Shown here: piece after piece, positions 18,763 through 27,740 of the stretch | Numbering within the stretch: the first letter of the stretch is position 1 | Layout: each line of letters starts with the position of its first letter | Origin: an uncultured Aquimonas sp. | GTDB lineage: Bacteria; Pseudomonadota; Gammaproteobacteria; Xanthomonadales; Xanthomonadaceae | NCBI GenBank assembly: GCA_964536455.1 | Contig: CAZHXV010000001.1 | Location: 1,760 to 65,759, forward strand | Direction: 5' to 3' | Length of the DNA: 64,000 bases | Program-made: the position numbers and the translations under genes | The notes under the pieces: model-generated | The model's database searches: none | What the model was told of the DNA's origin: nothing | Seen by the model: only the letters and a program-made list of their open reading frames with translations

Positions 18763-19428
18763 TCAGTCCCGGTCTTGCTCGAACTGGGTTAGCAGTTCCA
18801 ATCCGTATTCATATTCGATGATCAGCTCGACCGCGCGCTCCGGGTGCCAATGATCCACGTCGATCAGCCACCGCTTGATGCGGTCGGTTGCGTCAACCTG
18901 TTCCTTGTGAGCGGCGATGATGAAGGCGAACCAGCGGGCGCGATCTCTGGGGTGTGCCGAGCCGGTGGATTTGTTGGCGAGCTGCGAGAACTGCCGAAGG
19001 AGTTTGGCGGTTGCGGGCGACATCCAGTCGGTCAGCGTTTCGGTATCTTTCGTCAACACGATCCGCAGGCCGAGAGCCTCCTTCACGGGGTCTGCAATCT
19101 GCGCCTTGAACTGCTGCAAGGCATGGTTGTATTGCCGGATGGTCAACTGCCCCGATTCGAGGGGGATGAGGTTGGTGACGCGCAGTTCGTTGTGGTCTTT
19201 CCAAAGCACCAAGCCGATCCTGGGTGAATCGCCCTGCGCCTCCAACTCGAAAGCGAAATATTCGGCATCGCTGTCCATCGAATCGTGCTGCTCCCGCTCC
19301 GGCGCGTGACGCCACGGCGGCGCGGCTTGCTTGGCGAGCGCATCGCGCACTTCGCTGGGCGTGTGGCCATCGAGCCAGATCGTGAGGTCTTGGAACACTT
19401 CGATGGATGGCGTGGCATCGGTGGACAT
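18763..19428 (-). CDS. Hypothetical protein coupled to the PIN gene
   Basis: 221-aa ORF, stop 2 nt before PIN ATG; motif ANKSTGSAHPRDRARWFAFIIAAH. Confidence 0.75.
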   Translation of the reverse strand: MSTDATPSIEVFQDLTIWLDGHTPSEVRDALAKQAAPPWRHAPEREQHDSMDSDAEYFAFELEAQGDSPRIGLVLWKDHNELRVTNLIPLESGQLTIRQYNHALQQFKAQIADPVKEALGLRIVLTKDTETLTDWMSPATAKLLRQFSQLANKSTGSAHPRDRARWFAFIIAAHKEQVDATDRIKRWLIDVDHWHPERAVELIIEYEYGLELLTQFEQDRD

Positions 19429-19446
19429 GGACGTTTCCTGTGGCGT

Positions 19447-20592
19447 TCAGGCGTGGAACACGCGCTCCAGCGTCGCGGGGACGAGGGCGGCGTTGGCGGT
19501 GCGGATCGCGGCGTGTCGGACTTTGAGGGCGGCGATTTCCGATTGCAGGCGGGCGAAGGCGCGTTGTGCGGGAAGCGGCGGCACGGGGACTTCAATCGCC
19601 ATGAGTTTTTCCAAGCCGAGCGTGCGGTTGCGGCCTGCGCCGCCGGGTGAGGCTTCGCCGATCTTGAGCAAGCCTTCGTCGGTGAGGAAGTAGTAGCGCA
19701 GGAACTCTGCGCTCGTCTGCGTTTCGTCGGCGCGGCAGGTGATGAAGCGGTGCGAGCCGAAACGGCCTACATCCTCGGGCTGGGCGATGGCGATTGCGCC
19801 TTCCCATGCGAACACGTTGGAGAACAGCAAGTCGCCCGGTTCGATGCGATACAGGCGCTTGGTGCCGACATCCCCTCCAGACAGAGGCGGCTTGTGGAAT
19901 GTGCCTTTGCCGAACGAGCGGATGCCAAGTTCCGGGTAGCTGCCATCGAGCGATATGGATTGTTCACGACGCACCAGCGGTGCGGCTTCGGCCATTGGGC
20001 GCAGCGGTGCGCCTTCGATGATGTCGCGGAAGCGCAGCGCCAGCAGGTGTTCGGCGTCGCGTTCGGCGGCGTCCAGATGCGATTCGACTTGGCGGGTTTT
20101 CTGCGTCAGCGCGTCGAGGCGCGCGACGAGGGCTTGCTGTTCGGGGAGCGGCGGCAGCAGGATCGAATGCGCCATCACTTTGTCCGGTTGAACGCGGATT
20201 CGACGGGAACCCACGCCTTTGCTCCCCATCGCTATGGCTTGCCATACCTTCGGAACTTGGAAATATGCCTTGATGTAGCCCGGATCAAGCCGTGATCGGT
20301 CAATCGAAAAGCTCGGATACTCATTCGACACGAAATGCCCGTCGAACTCGTCATCGACAAGGCCGTAGGAACCCTCGAACGCGAACAGTCGGCTGTAGAT
20401 GAAGTTGCCTGCGGTGACGCGATTGAGCGTTCGCGCGCTCGTCCGCATGCCGTCGATGGGCGGCTTGCCGAACAGGCCGCGTCCGAAGCTGTAGATTCCA
20501 AAATTCGGATAGGTCTTTCCTTCTTCAACGGCGGTCGAGCCGTTGGCGGGCCGCAATAACTCCGAAAGCTGCACGGAACGCCACGCCTTCAC
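19447..20592 (-). CDS. hsdS: Type I R-M specificity subunit
   Basis: Two TRD-like halves, LPPLPEQQALVARLD and VPVPPLPAQ conserved helices; GTG start overlaps upstream stop. Confidence 0.88.
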   Translation of the reverse strand: MKAWRSVQLSELLRPANGSTAVEEGKTYPNFGIYSFGRGLFGKPPIDGMRTSARTLNRVTAGNFIYSRLFAFEGSYGLVDDEFDGHFVSNEYPSFSIDRSRLDPGYIKAYFQVPKVWQAIAMGSKGVGSRRIRVQPDKVMAHSILLPPLPEQQALVARLDALTQKTRQVESHLDAAERDAEHLLALRFRDIIEGAPLRPMAEAAPLVRREQSISLDGSYPELGIRSFGKGTFHKPPLSGGDVGTKRLYRIEPGDLLFSNVFAWEGAIAIAQPEDVGRFGSHRFITCRADETQTSAEFLRYYFLTDEGLLKIGEASPGGAGRNRTLGLEKLMAIEVPVPPLPAQRAFARLQSEIAALKVRHAAIRTANAALVPATLERVFHA

Positions 20593-21776
20593 TTCCCGCC
20601 CTCCACACCATCGCGCCCGATGCGCCGCGCTTCCAGTTCGCGCCGGGTCTTGTCCAGTTCCTCGGCCAGCAGGTGTTCGTCGGGCAGCACGGTTTTGTAT
20701 TCGGCGGCCAGCACCTTGTTCGGCAAGCCGTCCAGGGCGTAATGCGCTTCGTGGATGTCCTTGCCCGCGCACAGGATCAGGCCAACGGGCGGGTTTTCGC
20801 CGGGCTTCATCCAGTGTTGGCGGGCGTAGTTCAGATACAGGTGCATCTGGCCCGCGTCGGCATGGTTGAACTTGCCCGCCTTGAGGTCGATCACCAGCAG
20901 ACATTTCAAACGACGGTGGAAGAACAGCAAGTCGATGCGGAACCAGGTGTCGCCCACGCGCAGGCGGCGCTGGCGACCGATGAAGGCGAAGTCGTCGCCC
21001 AGTTCCAGCAGGAAGTCGGCCATGTGCGCGATGAGCGCGGCTTCCAGTTGCGATTCGGAGTATTCGTCCTTGAGGCCGAGGAACTCCAGCACGAACGGGT
21101 CTTTGATCGCCTGTTCGGGCGTGATGGCGTCGTCGGGTTCGGCGCGTTCGGCCTTTTGCAGCATCGCGGCCTTGTTGCGCGAGAGTGCGATGCGCTCGTA
21201 GAACTGGCTGTCGATCTGGCGATTGAGCTGGCGCACGCTCCAGCCGCAACGCAGGGTTTCGGTTTCGTAGAAGGCGCGGGCGTGTTCGTTTTTCACCGAC
21301 AGCAGGCGCACGTAGGCCGACCACGGCAGCGGGAAGGCTTGGGCGAGCGTGGCGAGGTCGGGAGATGTGGCAGACGGTGTCTGCGAAATTGCAGTGCCGG
21401 ACGATTTTGCAGACAGTGTCTGCAAAATCTGGTCGGCAGGCCAAACGAGATAAAAACTTCGCATCTGCGCCAAGTTCCGCCAGCCAAACCCACGGCCAAA
21501 TCGTTGGCTGAGGTCGATTCCAAGACGCTTGATGAGGTCAGTTCCATAGTCGGCGCGACCCTTGCCGCCCTGCTCGAACTCCACGATGCGCCGCCCGATT
21601 TCCCAATAGCTGGCGGTCATCAGGGCGTTGACGCTGCGCGCGGCGGCGCGGCGCGCGGCTTCGAGCAAGGCGACGATGTCGGCGTGGACGCCGAGATAGG
21701 CCGTATCGCCGTTGCGGGCGATGGCGGTGGATTTCGCGGCTTTCTTCACGGCCTTTGCGGGCGCTTTGCGGGTCAT
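20589..21776 (-). CDS. yhcG: YhcG/DUF1016 family PD-(D/E)XK nuclease
   Basis: YWEIGRRIVE.EQ.G..RA.YG, WSVRQL.RQI, IKDPFVLEFL, LLELGDDFAFIGRQ, IDLLF, GQMHLYLNY. Confidence 0.92.
   Translation of the reverse strand: MTRKAPAKAVKKAAKSTAIARNGDTAYLGVHADIVALLEAARRAAARSVNALMTASYWEIGRRIVEFEQGGKGRADYGTDLIKRLGIDLSQRFGRGFGWRNLAQMRSFYLVWPADQILQTLSAKSSGTAISQTPSATSPDLATLAQAFPLPWSAYVRLLSVKNEHARAFYETETLRCGWSVRQLNRQIDSQFYERIALSRNKAAMLQKAERAEPDDAITPEQAIKDPFVLEFLGLKDEYSESQLEAALIAHMADFLLELGDDFAFIGRQRRLRVGDTWFRIDLLFFHRRLKCLLVIDLKAGKFNHADAGQMHLYLNYARQHWMKPGENPPVGLILCAGKDIHEAHYALDGLPNKVLAAEYKTVLPDEHLLAEELDKTRRELEARRIGRDGVEGGK
21403..21429. repeat. Perfect 13-bp inverted repeat inside yhcG
   Basis: GATTTTGCAGACA-G-TGTCTGCAAAATC; second core GCAGAC-GGT-GTCTGC at 21370-21384. 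Confidence 0.9.
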
Positions 21777-23602
21777 GCCTGCACCTCGTTCACGAGGGCT
21801 TCGATTTCAGCCAACAGGCGCATCACTTCGGTTTCATGGCCGCGCATGGAGGCGATCAGGTCTTTCGGTTCGGCGTGTTCCAGCCCGCCCTTGGCGTTGG
21901 GGTTCTTGAGGTCGAGGTTGTAGATCGGCCAGTAGAGCGCGTCGCCTTCGGCCTGCGCGGCCTTGGCGGCTTGTTCGTGCGCCTGCTGTTTGGCTTTGAG
22001 ATCGCGCAAGCGTTCTTGCAGTTCGGATTTCTTGCCGTTGCTGGCGGCGGAGATGGTCTGCTCCAGTTCGCGGATCGGTTTGCCCTGCGCGAGAGCGACG
22101 TTGCGTTCGCTTTCCGCACGCTGCCAGTGCGGCGTGGCGGCTTCCACGGCGGCGGCGTGTTTGGCGGCGAAATCCAGCGTCCACGCCTGCGGGCCTTCCT
22201 CGCGCCGGTTCCACCATGCCAGCACGGGCGAGAACTCCTCGAACTGCAAGGGCGCGGTCTTGCTGTATTTCTTGCGACCTTCGGGCAGTGGCAGTTCGTA
22301 GAACCAGATCGTCTGCGTGGGGCCGCCGCGCTCGAAGAACAGCAGGTTGGCGGGAATGTCGGTGTAAGGCGCGAACACGCCCTGCGGCAGGCGCACGATG
22401 GTGTGCAGGTTGAAGTCGCGCAGCAAAGCCTGCTTGATGACGGCGGCGACGCCATCACCGAACAAGGTGCCGTTGGGCACGACCACCGCCGCGCGCCCAC
22501 CGCGTTCGGCGGCTTTGCGGCCGGGAACCGGGGCACCGGCCACGCGCAGCTTGCGCATGATGTATTGCAGGAACAGCAAGGCCGTTTCCGCCGTCTGCAT
22601 ATTGGGCGGAAAGTTGTTCTTGATGCCGGTTTCTTCCTCGCCGCCGAAGGGCGGATTGGTGAGGATCGCGTCCACGCGCTCGCCGTGGCCGATTTCGTTG
22701 ATGCGGCGGTCGAGGGTGTTGCCGTAGGCGATCTGCGGGGCTTCGAGGCCATGCAGCAGGAGGTTCATCTGCGCCAGCATGTAGGGCAGCGGTTTGGCTT
22801 CCTGCCCGAACAAGGTGTCTTGTTGCAGCACGCGGCGCTGATCGACGCTGCCCACTTGCTGGGCGATGTGGTCGTAGGCTTCCACCAGAAAACCGCCGGT
22901 GCCGCAGGCGGGATCAAGCACGGTTTCGCCAAGGCGCGGATCGGCGACTTGCACCATGAAGCGCACCACCGGACGCGGCGTGTAGAACTCGCCGGAATCG
23001 CCGGAGGCGTCGCGCATTTCGCGCAGCATGGATTCGTAGAGGTGCGAGAGGGTGTGGATTTCCTCGCTGGCGCTGAAATGGATGGCGTTGATCTTGTTGA
23101 GAATCTCGCGCAGCAGGTACCCGCTTTCCATGCGGTTCTGCACGCCATTGAACACCCTTGCGATCACGTCGCGCTGACTGGCCTTTTCGCCATCGCCCGA
23201 CAGGCCGCGCAGATAGGCGAACAGACCCTTGCCCTTGCGCCCATCGGCGCGGGTGGTTTGCTCTTGTGCGATGAAGTCGAGCAGCTCCTTGCCGGTGATG
23301 CCGTCTTCGCGCGCAGCCCAGTCGCGCCAGCGGTATGGGGCTTCGATGATCGGACGATAGGGTTTGCCGTCCAGTTCGGCTTCGTCGGCGTGCTTGGTTT
23401 CCAGATCGTCGAGGAACTTCAGGAACATCACCCAGGTGAGCAGCGGCAGGCGGTCGGCGTCGCCGTTGAGTCCCTTGTCCTTGCGAAGAATCTTGCGCGC
23501 GCTGCCGATCAGCGCCGAGAGGTTTTCGCGCGTGGTGAGTGCGGGCTTGGCCTGTTTCGGGGCGCGCGGCGTTTTGGGTTTCGCGGTGTTGCCTTTGGCC
23601 AT
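21773..23602 (-). CDS. hsdM: Type I R-M N6-adenine methyltransferase subunit
   Basis: GEFYTPRPVV, DPACGTGGFL, TNPPFGG, IVRLP.GVF.PY. Confidence 0.95.
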   Translation of the reverse strand: MAKGNTAKPKTPRAPKQAKPALTTRENLSALIGSARKILRKDKGLNGDADRLPLLTWVMFLKFLDDLETKHADEAELDGKPYRPIIEAPYRWRDWAAREDGITGKELLDFIAQEQTTRADGRKGKGLFAYLRGLSGDGEKASQRDVIARVFNGVQNRMESGYLLREILNKINAIHFSASEEIHTLSHLYESMLREMRDASGDSGEFYTPRPVVRFMVQVADPRLGETVLDPACGTGGFLVEAYDHIAQQVGSVDQRRVLQQDTLFGQEAKPLPYMLAQMNLLLHGLEAPQIAYGNTLDRRINEIGHGERVDAILTNPPFGGEEETGIKNNFPPNMQTAETALLFLQYIMRKLRVAGAPVPGRKAAERGGRAAVVVPNGTLFGDGVAAVIKQALLRDFNLHTIVRLPQGVFAPYTDIPANLLFFERGGPTQTIWFYELPLPEGRKKYSKTAPLQFEEFSPVLAWWNRREEGPQAWTLDFAAKHAAAVEAATPHWQRAESERNVALAQGKPIRELEQTISAASNGKKSELQERLRDLKAKQQAHEQAAKAAQAEGDALYWPIYNLDLKNPNAKGGLEHAEPKDLIASMRGHETEVMRLLAEIEALVNEVQA

Positions 23603-23617
23603 CTTGCGGTGGTCTCG

Positions 23618-26071
23618 TTATTGGTAGAGCGCGGATTGGAGTTGCGAGACGGCGTGCTTCATCTGCTTCACGCCGCCGAAGTGACGGGCGGCTATTTCCA
23701 GCGGCGTGCCGTAGCGGTCGAAGGGTTTGACCTTCATCACTTCCGACAATGCGCCGAACTGGATGATGCCGCGTTCGATGTAGGTTTCCATCAGGTGCGC
23801 CAGTACTTCGCGGGCGGTGTCGCCGTATTGCGCGAACACGTCCTGCGTCTTCCGCTTGGCCTGCTCGGCGCGTTGTCGGCGCGTGAGCAGCGGCGCGTTC
23901 CATGCCAGATGACAAAGCAGATCGAAGGCGTCGGCATCGGGCTCGCCGCTGCTGGCGGCCAGTTCCTCGAAGCTGATGCCGTAGTTGGCGAGGTGGTGCA
24001 GCACTTCGTCGCGCGTGCCGGGATTGGCCCACGCGGTTTGCAGTTGCTCGCGCGTGGGATACATCGTCCGCACGGAGCGGCCCGCGTATTCGGTGTATTT
24101 GACGACTTGCAGCTTCTTGCCGTCGGCGTCGAGGTCGTAAACCAAGTGACCGATGACTTCGACTTCGCCGCCATCGACGTAGAACTTGCGCGGTTCCGGC
24201 GGCGGTGGAGGCGGCTGCGGCTCCGGCGGTTGCGGCGGTTCGGGCGGTGGTGGGTCGGTCAAGGGAGGATCGACATCCTCTCCGCCGGTATCGCCGCCCG
24301 GCGGGTCTTCGTCAACGCCCGTGGGTTCGGGTTCGGGCGGTTTCGGCGGTTCGATCACGTTGCCGTCGTCGTCGATGGCGACTTCTTCTATCAGTTCCGG
24401 GTCTCCATCGAAATCCTTGTCGGCGAAGTGCTGGGTAGCGGTGCCGGTGAAATCGAGGATGTTGAAGTATTCCTTGCCGTAATCGACGTTTAGGCGGGTG
24501 CCGCGCCCGATGATCTGCTTGAACTCCGAGCGGGAGCCGACCACGCGCGCCAGCACCACGTTCTTGACCATCTCGGCATCGACGCCGGTAGTGAGCAGTT
24601 GCGAGGTGGTGAGGATGACGGGCGTGGGCTTGTCCACGTCCTGAAAACCGGCGAGGTGGTTGAGGCCGATATCGCCCTCGTCTGAAGTGACGCGGCAAAC
24701 GTAGTCGGGATACTGCCGGACGAGATCGCGGTTGAGGTTCACCAACTGCGCGCGCATTTCCGAGGCGTGTTCCTGATCGACGCAGAACACGATGGTTTTG
24801 GCGAAGCGATCCGTGCCTTTGAGGAAGTCGGTGAGATGCTTGGCGATGGCGGCGGTGCGGGCGCGCAATGCGATGACGCGCTCGAAGTCCTTCGTCTGGT
24901 ATTCCTCGTCGGGCACAGCGCGACCGTAGCGGTCGCGCTCGTCCACGGTGGGACGCCAGCCTGCGGCGTCCACGGTGGTGATGACGCGATGCACGCGGTA
25001 GGGAGCGAGAAAGCCGTCGTCGATGCCTTGGCGCAGGCTGTAAGAATAGATCGGGTTGCCGAAGTAGTCGTAGGTGTCGCGGGCGTCGTCGCGGACGGGC
25101 GTGGCCGTCATGCCGAACTGCACGGCGGGCTTGAAGTAGTCGAGGATCGCGCGCCACGCGCTTTGCTCGTTGCTGGAACCGCGATGGCATTCGTCGATGA
25201 TGATGAGGTCGAAGAAATCCGGGCGGTATTGGCGGAACACGTCGCTGGTGGACGTGGACAGGCCCTGATAGATGCCGAAATACATCTCGCGGCCCTGGCT
25301 GGTGTCGCCGCCCGCGATCTTGTAGCGGGCGTCGCCGAAGGGCGCGAACATCTTGGCCATCGGGTCATCGACGAGGATGTTGCGGTCGGCCAGGAACAGG
25401 ATTTTCGGACGGCGGTATTCGCCGGTTCGGTTCCAGCGGCTGTTCCACAGCTTCCAGCAGATCTGGAAGGCGACGCAGGTTTTGCCTGTGCCCGTGGCCA
25501 GCACGGCGAGGATACGTTTTTTGCCGAGCAGGATGGCCTCAATGACGCGATGGATGGCGATCTGCTGGTAGTAGCGCGGCACTTTCTGCGAAGCCAGATT
25601 GAACGGCTCCAGCAGATGCGCGGCAGAGGATTCGGTGAGCTTGTGCTTCTGGGTCAGGCGCGCGAATAGTTCCTGCGGCGAGGCATAGCGATCGACTTCC
25701 TTTTCAGTGCCTTCGAGGTAGTCAATCTCGATGATGCGGTGACCGTTGGTGGCGTAGGCGAACTTGAGGCCGAGGGTTTCGGCGTAGTCGCGCGCCTGCT
25801 GCACGCCGGTTTCGGCGGGAAGACCGACTTCCTTGGCCTCGACCACGGCCAGTGGGTAATCGCGGCGGTAGTAGAGGATGTAGTCGGCGCGGCGTTGCGC
25901 GCCACGCCGCACCTTGCCGCCTGCGACGATGATGCGGCCATTGGTGAAGGTGCGCTGTTCGCCGATGGAGTGATCGCCCGCGTTCCAGCCCGCTTCGATG
26001 AGCTTGGGCGTGACGAATTCGCGGCAGGTGTCCGCTTCGGTCAATACTCGATCACGATTTCGCCCCGACAT
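23618..26071 (-). CDS. hsdR: Type I R-M restriction subunit (EcoAI/EcoEI-like)
   Basis: ADY...VVEAK nuclease motif, RYYQ, ATGTGKT, DECHRG, QIIGRGTR, D.FDLLCHLAW C-terminal domain; Pro-rich linker. Confidence 0.95.
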   Translation of the reverse strand: MSGRNRDRVLTEADTCREFVTPKLIEAGWNAGDHSIGEQRTFTNGRIIVAGGKVRRGAQRRADYILYYRRDYPLAVVEAKEVGLPAETGVQQARDYAETLGLKFAYATNGHRIIEIDYLEGTEKEVDRYASPQELFARLTQKHKLTESSAAHLLEPFNLASQKVPRYYQQIAIHRVIEAILLGKKRILAVLATGTGKTCVAFQICWKLWNSRWNRTGEYRRPKILFLADRNILVDDPMAKMFAPFGDARYKIAGGDTSQGREMYFGIYQGLSTSTSDVFRQYRPDFFDLIIIDECHRGSSNEQSAWRAILDYFKPAVQFGMTATPVRDDARDTYDYFGNPIYSYSLRQGIDDGFLAPYRVHRVITTVDAAGWRPTVDERDRYGRAVPDEEYQTKDFERVIALRARTAAIAKHLTDFLKGTDRFAKTIVFCVDQEHASEMRAQLVNLNRDLVRQYPDYVCRVTSDEGDIGLNHLAGFQDVDKPTPVILTTSQLLTTGVDAEMVKNVVLARVVGSRSEFKQIIGRGTRLNVDYGKEYFNILDFTGTATQHFADKDFDGDPELIEEVAIDDDGNVIEPPKPPEPEPTGVDEDPPGGDTGGEDVDPPLTDPPPPEPPQPPEPQPPPPPPEPRKFYVDGGEVEVIGHLVYDLDADGKKLQVVKYTEYAGRSVRTMYPTREQLQTAWANPGTRDEVLHHLANYGISFEELAASSGEPDADAFDLLCHLAWNAPLLTRRQRAEQAKRKTQDVFAQYGDTAREVLAHLMETYIERGIIQFGALSEVMKVKPFDRYGTPLEIAARHFGGVKQMKHAVSQLQSALYQ

Positions 26072-26187
26072 CCCATTCCCCGTGCGCCTATTTCACCAAC
26101 CCTGATTCCCCTCGCCACTCGCAAGCTGGCACAGCGGTGTCTCACGGCCTGAGACAGGATGATAACGGTAAGCTTCGGGGAGAGCGG

Positions 26188-26670
26188 TCACAGGATCAGC
26201 GCCGCCTCCGCCGCCCTTCGCGCCACCAGCCCCGGCAACACCTTCCCGTCGCCATACACCCAGCGCCGCAGTTCGCTGGCGGCAGCGGGCCAGTCGCGCT
26301 GGTTCACGCGGCGGCGCAGGGTCGAGGTCTGCAAGCGCCCGCCGCCGAGGTTGAAGGTGAAGTCCACGATGGCGGCAAGGCGCGATTCCGATTCGGTGGC
26401 CAGCACCGGGCAGCAGCGCAGCGTGGAGGCCAGCGCCGATTGCAGATCGGCGGCGAGGTAGGCTTCGGCTTCGGCTTGGGTGATTGGCGGATGGTCTTGC
26501 GGACACAGGTGACCGTAGCCAATCGTCCAGAACCCTGCCGGGCACAGGTAGGGATACGCGCGCCCCGGATCGCTCCGGGGCACGTGATGGAAGCCTTCGA
26601 AGCGTTTGGCGAGTTCGATGGCTTGCTTCGGGACGGCGATGGGCGCTGGTGGGGCGAGCACGGCGTTCAC
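26188..26670 (-). CDS. Phage lysozyme (GH24 endolysin)
   Basis: KRFEG...YLCPAGFWTIGYGH, FTFNLG, STL, RWVY..GKVLPGLVARR.AE. Confidence 0.93.
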   Translation of the reverse strand: MNAVLAPPAPIAVPKQAIELAKRFEGFHHVPRSDPGRAYPYLCPAGFWTIGYGHLCPQDHPPITQAEAEAYLAADLQSALASTLRCCPVLATESESRLAAIVDFTFNLGGGRLQTSTLRRRVNQRDWPAAASELRRWVYGDGKVLPGLVARRAAEAALIL

Positions 26671-27143
26671 TGCTTCACCCGCTCGAACACGCGGCCGAGG
26701 AACCAGAAGTTCAGCACGCCCGACCACAGCGCCTGATCGGCTTCCGTCCATGCGGCGATGACAGCGGCACTCCAATCTGCGCCTGCACCGATAGCGGCGA
26801 TGAAGGCGCAGGTCTTCGCCGCGCAGTAGAGCGTCATGAACCAGAACGTGATGATTGGCCGCACGCTGATAGAGAGCGCGTCGGCCCACTTCGCGCCGGT
26901 GATACGGCCCTGTGCCGACACCGATTCCTTCAGCGCGGCGAGTGCGCCGTTGTTCCAGGCTTCCTGCGCCGCCGCGCCGATTTCGGCCATCTTCTGCGCG
27001 CCGCGCAGTTTCTCGAACTCCAGCGCCTTGTCCTGCATCGCCAGTTCGTGGCCGCGCTCACCCTTGCGGTCGATCCACTTCAACACTTCGGGTGCGAGGC
27101 GGAACACGCCGCCGAGCAGGCTGCCAAGCAACGTTTCGATCAC
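26667..27143 (-). CDS. Putative holin
   Basis: Hydrophobic protein with VRP.IT and FWFLGR motifs, directly upstream of the lysozyme with GTGA overlaps. Confidence 0.65.
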   Translation of the reverse strand: MIETLLGSLLGGVFRLAPEVLKWIDRKGERGHELAMQDKALEFEKLRGAQKMAEIGAAAQEAWNNGALAALKESVSAQGRITGAKWADALSISVRPIITFWFMTLYCAAKTCAFIAAIGAGADWSAAVIAAWTEADQALWSGVLNFWFLGRVFERVKQ

Positions 27144-27442
27144 GGCGCACCTCCGATGATCTTGAGCTTGATCGCCGCGCCCACGAGCAGCGCCGCAAGC
27201 AGGCCGGTTGTGACGACTTTCACCACGGTTTGCCACGCGGTGCGGCGGGCATCGCGCCACGCATCGAGCAGGTCGCGCAGTTCGCGGATGTCGCGCGCGG
27301 CGTGGCCGTTTTCCAGCCCAAGGTGCGCGAGGCAGCGTTCAGCACCGCGTTCGGCGGCGCGGTTGAGCAGTTCGTCGAAGTCCTCGCGCGGGATGGCGAG
27401 GGTCGTGTCTTCGTGCGGCAGGTTATCGGTGTCTTCGGACAT
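27140..27442 (-). CDS. DUF6127-like lysis-cassette membrane protein
   Basis: AAERGA...L..LGL....A..DIRELRDLLDAWR plus C-terminal TM; AAGGAG RBS. Confidence 0.7.
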   Translation of the reverse strand: MSEDTDNLPHEDTTLAIPREDFDELLNRAAERGAERCLAHLGLENGHAARDIRELRDLLDAWRDARRTAWQTVVKVVTTGLLAALLVGAAIKLKIIGGAP

Positions 27443-27468
27443 GGGCGCTCTCCTTTTCGGTGGGCAAC

Positions 27469-27493
27469 AAAAAACCCGCACGGCGGCGGGCTT
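27469..27493 (-). terminator. Rho-independent terminator between tail and lysis genes
   Basis: Minus strand AAGCCCGC-CGCCGT-GCGGGTTTTTT. Confidence 0.65.
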
Positions 27494-27518
27494 CGGGGAT
27501 GCAGCAGGTGGGGATGGA

Positions 27519-27740
27519 TCAGATTTCGATGACTTCCAGCGGCAGCGCGGGCGCGACGCCTTCGATAACGCTATCGCGCACGAACACGGTCTGGCCGAAT
27601 TGCGCCTCGCCGCGTGCACGTAGCAAGCCCCCGCCGGGCAGCGCGATTACGACGCCAGAGGCGTTCGTCTCCAGCACCACGCCCGCTTGCAGCGGCGGCT
27701 CCGGGATGAGCTGGCGGAATTGGCGGTAGAGATTAGGCAT
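27519..27740 (-). CDS. Small phage tail-region protein
   Basis: 73 aa, overlaps upstream tail gene stop. Confidence 0.7.
   Translation of the reverse strand: MPNLYRQFRQLIPEPPLQAGVVLETNASGVVIALPGGGLLRARGEAQFGQTVFVRDSVIEGVAPALPLEVIEI

Noticed and set aside
19447..21444. 665-aa version of HsdS, and extended starts for the kinase (4600), terL (51010) and umuC (16943)
   Set aside because: The extensions overlap upstream genes in another frame; coupled or motif-consistent downstream starts fit better
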